This document shows, piece by piece, positions 59,386 through 64,000 of a stretch of DNA of 64,000 bases. Source of the DNA: Candidatus Krumholzibacteriia bacterium (GTDB taxonomy: Bacteria; Krumholzibacteriota; Krumholzibacteriia; Krumholzibacteriales; Krumholzibacteriaceae); NCBI GenBank assembly GCA_963836185.1, contig CAWIIQ010000001.1, positions 1,568,001 through 1,632,000 on the forward strand. Direction: 5' to 3'. The notes under the pieces are model-generated. The model was not told where the DNA came from and ran no database searches. It saw only the letters and a list, made by a program, of their open reading frames with translations. Positions within the stretch are counted from its first letter, which is position 1. The number at the start of each line of letters is the position of its first letter. The position numbers and the translations under genes are program-made.

Positions 59386-60271
59386 TAACAGCAGACTGCC
59401 GGGAGTCGTTCCCGATTACAGCGGCAAGGTAAGGGATATATACGACCTGGGGGAGATGCTGCTCATCGTCGCATCCGACCGCCTGTCCGCTTTCGATTCG
59501 GTCATTCCCACTCCGATCCCGGGCAAGGGGATCGTCCTCAACACGATCTCGGCTGCCTGGTTCGACAAGTTCGATACCATGCCGAATCACATGATATCTG
59601 TGGAGGTCGATGATTTCCCGGAACCTTTCAACGGATTTCCGGAACAGCTCGCCGGAAGATCGATGCTCGTGAAAAAGGCTGACAGGCTCGATATAGAATG
59701 CATTGTCCGGGGCTATATATCAGGCTCAGGATGGAAGGAATACCAGAATTCCGGCGCTGTTTGCGGCATCAAGCTGCCCGCAGGGTTGAAGAACTCGGAC
59801 AAGCTCGAAAAGCCGATATTCACTCCTTCGACGAAGGCGGATTCGGGACACGATGAGAATATCTCGATCGAAGAGGCTGGAAAGATCGTCGGTGATACGA
59901 TCGTGAAAGAACTTGAGAAGATAAGCCTGGAGCTCTATACGAGAGCGAGTGAATTCGCTCTCTCCAAAGGTATCATCATCGCTGATACCAAATTCGAATT
60001 CGGTATGACCGAGGGCCAGATCATAGTTATCGACGAGGTCCTGACCCCTGATTCATCGCGATTCTGGCTTGTCGATGAATATAAACCGGGGCAGCAGCAG
60101 AAGAGTCTGGACAAACAGTATGTCAGGGATTTCCTGGACGAAAGCGGATGGGATCACGAACCGCCGGCACCTGAACTTCCTGCGGATATAGTCGAGAAGA
60201 CAAGAGAGCGCTATGCGCTCGCGGCAGAGATGCTGTTTCCCGATCTGAACATCAAGAGGTATATGAGATGA
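59375..60271 (+). CDS. purC: SAICAR synthetase
   Basis: GKVRDIY, DRLSAFD, ECIVRGY, FTPSTKA, DTKFEFG, DEVLTPDSSRFW. Confidence 0.96.
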   Translation: MTSDNSRLPGVVPDYSGKVRDIYDLGEMLLIVASDRLSAFDSVIPTPIPGKGIVLNTISAAWFDKFDTMPNHMISVEVDDFPEPFNGFPEQLAGRSMLVKKADRLDIECIVRGYISGSGWKEYQNSGAVCGIKLPAGLKNSDKLEKPIFTPSTKADSGHDENISIEEAGKIVGDTIVKELEKISLELYTRASEFALSKGIIIADTKFEFGMTEGQIIVIDEVLTPDSSRFWLVDEYKPGQQQKSLDKQYVRDFLDESGWDHEPPAPELPADIVEKTRERYALAAEMLFPDLNIKRYMR

Positions 60272-61830
60272 ACCGGAAGGTCGAGAGAGCTCTTATAAGC
60301 GTCACTGACAAGACTGGTGTGGTCGATTTTGCACGCGGACTGACCGACAGGGGCGTAGAGATAGTAGCGTCCGGCGGGACCGCCCGGGCGATAAGGGAAG
60401 CCGGCATACAAGTCACGGGTATCAGTGATCTGACAGGATTCCCGGAGTGTATGGACGGCCGGGTCAAGACACTCCATCCCAAGGTGCATGGAGGTATTCT
60501 GGCCGACCGCAGCAAGAAGAAACACCTCGACCAGGCCGCGGAACTCGGAATCGGGCTGATCGACCTGGTGGCTGTGAATCTCTACAGATTCAGGGAAGCG
60601 GCATCCGATCCCGCCCTCTCGGAACTCGAGATTGTCGAGCAGATCGATATCGGCGGCCCGACTCTGATCAGGTCGGCCGCGAAGAACCATGATTCTGTGT
60701 CTATAGTGACCGACCCCTCGGACTACGGGGCCATACTCGAGGAGATGGACTCGAACGAGGGCTGCGTTACGGACGGGACCAGAAAGAGGCTTTCCTCGAA
60801 AGCTTTTCATCATACAGCCTCATACGATGCGGCCATATCAGCCTGGTTCGACAGTATCGAGGAGCCGGGGGAGATGCCTGAAGAGAGGATCAGTGTCTAC
60901 AGGAGGTCGCGCTCGCTCAGGTACGGCGAGAATCCGCACCAGAAGGCCGCCCTTTACGTAGAGGAGTCCCCTGTCGGGTCGTTTCAGGATTTCGTGCAGC
61001 ACCAGGGGAAGGAACTCTCTTTCAATAACATCCAGGATATGTGGGCCGCCTATCTTCTCGCGCGGGACCTCGGCGCCGGCGCCTGCGCTATACTGAAGCA
61101 TATGAATCCATGTGGAGCCGCAGTCTGCGATACTGTCGGGGAAAGTTTTATCAGGGCTCGGAAGACCGATCCGCTGTCGGCTTTCGGGAGCGTTATCTCG
61201 ATAAACGGGATAGTCGACGAAGAACTTGCCGTCGCCGCAAAGGAAGGTTTCGTCGAGGTGATCCTCGCGAGAGGATTCACGGACAGCGCCCTCGATGCCC
61301 TGAAGAAGAAAAAGAACCTGAGGCTGATCACGCTTCCCGAAGAAGAGTGGGAGAGGGAGATCTCCGGCCACGTCTCGAGGGAGGCCGGGCCTATGCTTCT
61401 CGTACAGGAAAGGGACACGGGATTTCCCGAGATCGAGAAACTCGAGATCGTCACGTCGAGGAAGCCTTCAGCAGATGAAGAGAAGGCGATGCGCCTCTCA
61501 TGGAAGGTCGTCAAGCATATGAAGTCGAACGGGATCGTCATCTGCGACGCCCTCGGAACGGTAGGAGTCGGCGCCGGGCAGATGAGCAGGGTCGATTCAT
61601 GCAGGATCGCCGTAGAGAAGGCCCGGATAGAGAATATGACGATCGAAGGAGCGTCAGCGGGCTCGGATGCCTTTTTCCCTTTCCCTGACGGTGTAGAGAC
61701 ACTGGTCGAGGCCGGGGTCAGATGCATCATTCAGCCCGGGGGATCGATGAGGGACGAGGAAGTCATCGCTACCGCCGAGAAACTCGGTATAACGATGGCG
61801 ATAACAGGCAGAAGGCATTTCAGGCACTAG
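60268..61830 (+). CDS. purH: Bifunctional AICAR transformylase/IMP cyclohydrolase
   Basis: ALISV.DK.G, GRVKTLHP, IDIGGP, LRYGENPHQ, KH.NPCG, SDAFFPF.D, RHFRH. Confidence 0.96.
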   Translation: MNRKVERALISVTDKTGVVDFARGLTDRGVEIVASGGTARAIREAGIQVTGISDLTGFPECMDGRVKTLHPKVHGGILADRSKKKHLDQAAELGIGLIDLVAVNLYRFREAASDPALSELEIVEQIDIGGPTLIRSAAKNHDSVSIVTDPSDYGAILEEMDSNEGCVTDGTRKRLSSKAFHHTASYDAAISAWFDSIEEPGEMPEERISVYRRSRSLRYGENPHQKAALYVEESPVGSFQDFVQHQGKELSFNNIQDMWAAYLLARDLGAGACAILKHMNPCGAAVCDTVGESFIRARKTDPLSAFGSVISINGIVDEELAVAAKEGFVEVILARGFTDSALDALKKKKNLRLITLPEEEWEREISGHVSREAGPMLLVQERDTGFPEIEKLEIVTSRKPSADEEKAMRLSWKVVKHMKSNGIVICDALGTVGVGAGQMSRVDSCRIAVEKARIENMTIEGASAGSDAFFPFPDGVETLVEAGVRCIIQPGGSMRDEEVIATAEKLGITMAITGRRHFRH

Positions 61831-61845
61831 GAGGAGTATCCGCGT

Positions 61846-63398
61846 ATGATGAGGGAGTGGGAAGGCGAATCCATTGTGATCCTTGATTTCGGGTCCCAGT
61901 ATACGCAGCTGATTGCGAGAAGGATCAGGGGCGAGGAAGTGTTCTCGGTCATCCTGCCGCATTCAGCCGGAATCGAAGAGATCATGGCTGAGAAACCGAA
62001 AGGACTCGTCCTTTCAGGCGGTCCCGCGGATCTTACGGAGGAGAACGCGCCCAGGCTCAAAGCGGATATATTCTCCCTCGGAATCCCCGTACTTGGTATA
62101 TGTTACGGCATGCAGTTAATATCCCAGATGAAGGGTGCGGAGCTGGAGAAATCGGGCCAGCGGGAGTTCGGGCACACGAGGATCGAGGCTGATACCGATA
62201 CGACGATCTTCAGTGGGACCCCTCCGGAGCAGAAGGTCTGGATGAGCCACGGGGTGCGCCTCAAATCGATGCCTGCCGGATTCGAGACAATCGCTTCCTC
62301 GGTCGGATGCCCGATAGCGGCGATGAGCAATGACAGAGGAGAGGATATACGGGCTTCAGTTCCACCCTGAGGTCTTCCATACGGAAAACGGCCTGGAGAT
62401 ACTGCAGAATTTCCTTTTCGAGATCTGCGGATGCGAGAGGGTATGGAGTTCAAGGTCGTTCGTCGACCTCGAAGTATCCCGTATCAGGAAAAGGGTAGGC
62501 GAATGAGCGCGTCCTCTGCGCAGTCAGCGGAGGGGTGGACAGTTCAGTCATGGCCGCGCTGGTCGACAGGGCGATCGGAAAACAGCTCGTACCCGTATTC
62601 GTGGACAACGGGCTCCTCAGGGAGAACGAAGCGGAAGAGGTCCAGGAGATACTTGCCGGGTGCCTTACGACTGACCTCGTTTTTGTCGATGCCGCGGATG
62701 AATTCCTGACAAAACTCGAAGGGGTGACCGATCCCGAGAAGAAGCGAAAGATAATCGGCGGTACATTTATAGACGTATTCGAGAGAGAAAGCGAAAGACT
62801 CGGACCATTCGCCTTCCTCGCCCAGGGAACGCTGTATCCGGATGTCATCGAGAGCAGGTCTACTGTTGGCCCGTCCGATATGATCAAGTCCCACCACAAT
62901 GTCGGAGGCCTTCCCGACGAGATGAGCTTCGAGCTTATCGAGCCGCTCTCTCTACTTTTCAAGGATGAGGTGAGGGAGGTGGGAAGATTCCTCGACCTTC
63001 CATCCGAACAGATAGAGCGTCACCCGTTCCCCGGGCCGGGGCTGGCGGTCAGGGTCCCAGGCGCTATCACGCGGGAAGATCTCGCTCTCCTTCGCAGCGT
63101 CGACAGGATATTCATCGACGGCCTGAAACGCGATGGACTGTACAATGAGGTCTGGCAGGCATTCGCGGTACTCCTTCCTGTCAGAAGTGTCGGCGTCATG
63201 GGAGACGAGCGAACATACCAGAAAGCCGCGGCTCTGAGAGCGGTGACCAGCACAGACGGGATGACGGCTGACTGGGCCAGGCTCCCGTATGAATTCCTCC
63301 AGGACATATCGAACGAGATCATCAACAGGGTCGATGGAGTAAACAGGGTCGTTTACGACATCAGCTCCAAGCCACCCAGCACTATCGAATGGGAATGA
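61846..63398 (+). CDS. guaA: GMP synthase (glutamine-hydrolysing); two +1 frameshifts (~62335, ~62503)
   Basis: [21 protein letters not shown]; middle frame GLQFHPEV; then [36 protein letters not shown]. Confidence 0.93.
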
Positions 63399-63446
63399 TC
63401 CGGAGACGCAGACAGAGACATCACTCTTTCCGTTCCTGCTGATACT

Positions 63447-64000
63447 ATGATCAATAGAACAGGATCTCTTCTTCTATTCTTATCGGCACTGTTAATCAGC
63501 TCGCCCGATGTCCGCGCCGAGTTATCCCTTTCGGGCGCCGTGAGAGCGCTCCGCGCGGACAGCTTTTCAACCGCGCTGAGATTATCGGAGGCAGAAGAGA
63601 GTAATCCCTGGCTCGAGGTCTACAGGATGCAGGTAAAGGCAGAGGCCTCGCTCGGCCTTGCCGACAGCAGTGGAGCCGCCTCGTGGGCGCTCAGAGCGCT
63701 TGGCATTATTTCAGCCGGCGGTGCTGCCGGACATCCGGAGGAGGAAAGACTGGCCGACCTGGCCGTGACGTGCGTCGGCCCGGAACCTGTCCTTTCTTTC
63801 CTGACCGGGGAGAACTCAACTCGCCTGGCTCCCGGGACACTGCTTCGTACAGGGCTTTATCATCTCATAACCCGGAATATGGATGAAGCCGCGAAATATA
63901 TCACCTTTGCAGCTGACCGAAGGCCGGACGAAGACGATATATACCTGCTCAGGGAACTGTACGAGGAAGGGATCTCTGACCTTCCGGGAATATCACCTGA
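63447..64000 (+). CDS. Partial CDS (runs off the window end), exported hypothetical protein
   Basis: Manual translation MINRTGSLLLFLSALLISSPDVRAELSL... open to the edge; signal-peptide-like N-terminus. Confidence 0.6.
   Translation, partial: MINRTGSLLLFLSALLISSPDVRAELSLSGAVRALRADSFSTALRLSEAEESNPWLEVYRMQVKAEASLGLADSSGAASWALRALGIISAGGAAGHPEEERLADLAVTCVGPEPVLSFLTGENSTRLAPGTLLRTGLYHLITRNMDEAAKYITFAADRRPDEDDIYLLRELYEEGISDLPGISP

Overview
GC-rich chromosomal segment of an anaerobic bacterium, probably an FCB-group lineage such as Krumholzibacteriota/Latescibacterota (inferred from a FlgD-Ig/T9SS-like C-terminal domain protein, a PorV-like gene and a BamA-type fusion). In order it holds: an hdrCBA-mvhDGA group 3c [NiFe]-hydrogenase operon with maturation protease and hypABCD; hflKC; a tightly coupled run (HExxH/PD40/BamA-like protein, tandem-domain thyX, nitroreductase, BtuD/BtuC-type ABC pair, glycyl-radical activase, trans-4-hydroxy-L-proline dehydratase); a beta-propeller sensor-SpoIIE phosphatase; two GT-C-like membrane proteins; an ECF sigma/anti-sigma pair; an 8-repeat secreted protein; tRNA-Leu(CAA) and tRNA-Ala(GGC); HU/IHF, a 31-aa bS22-like protein, PilZ and sigma54 signalling genes; a glgC pair; mltD-like, GGDEF and comEC genes; and purN-purC-purH-guaA. 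The most striking feature is at the 3' end of tRNA-Leu: two small tandem cassettes (2660 and 2214 bp) with no integrase. Each is bounded by a 55-bp tRNA 3'-half whose identity ends exactly at the anticodon loop. Each starts with a conserved ~180-bp lambda-attP-like arm (IHF-type site, 20-bp-period repeats, AGGCACAATTT tandem repeat) ending in a sigma70 promoter aimed at unrelated cargo genes. A ~120-nt rod-like candidate ncRNA lies upstream of the HU/IHF gene. Ten frameshifts, all in the +1 register and including guaA and purN, are most likely sequencing errors.
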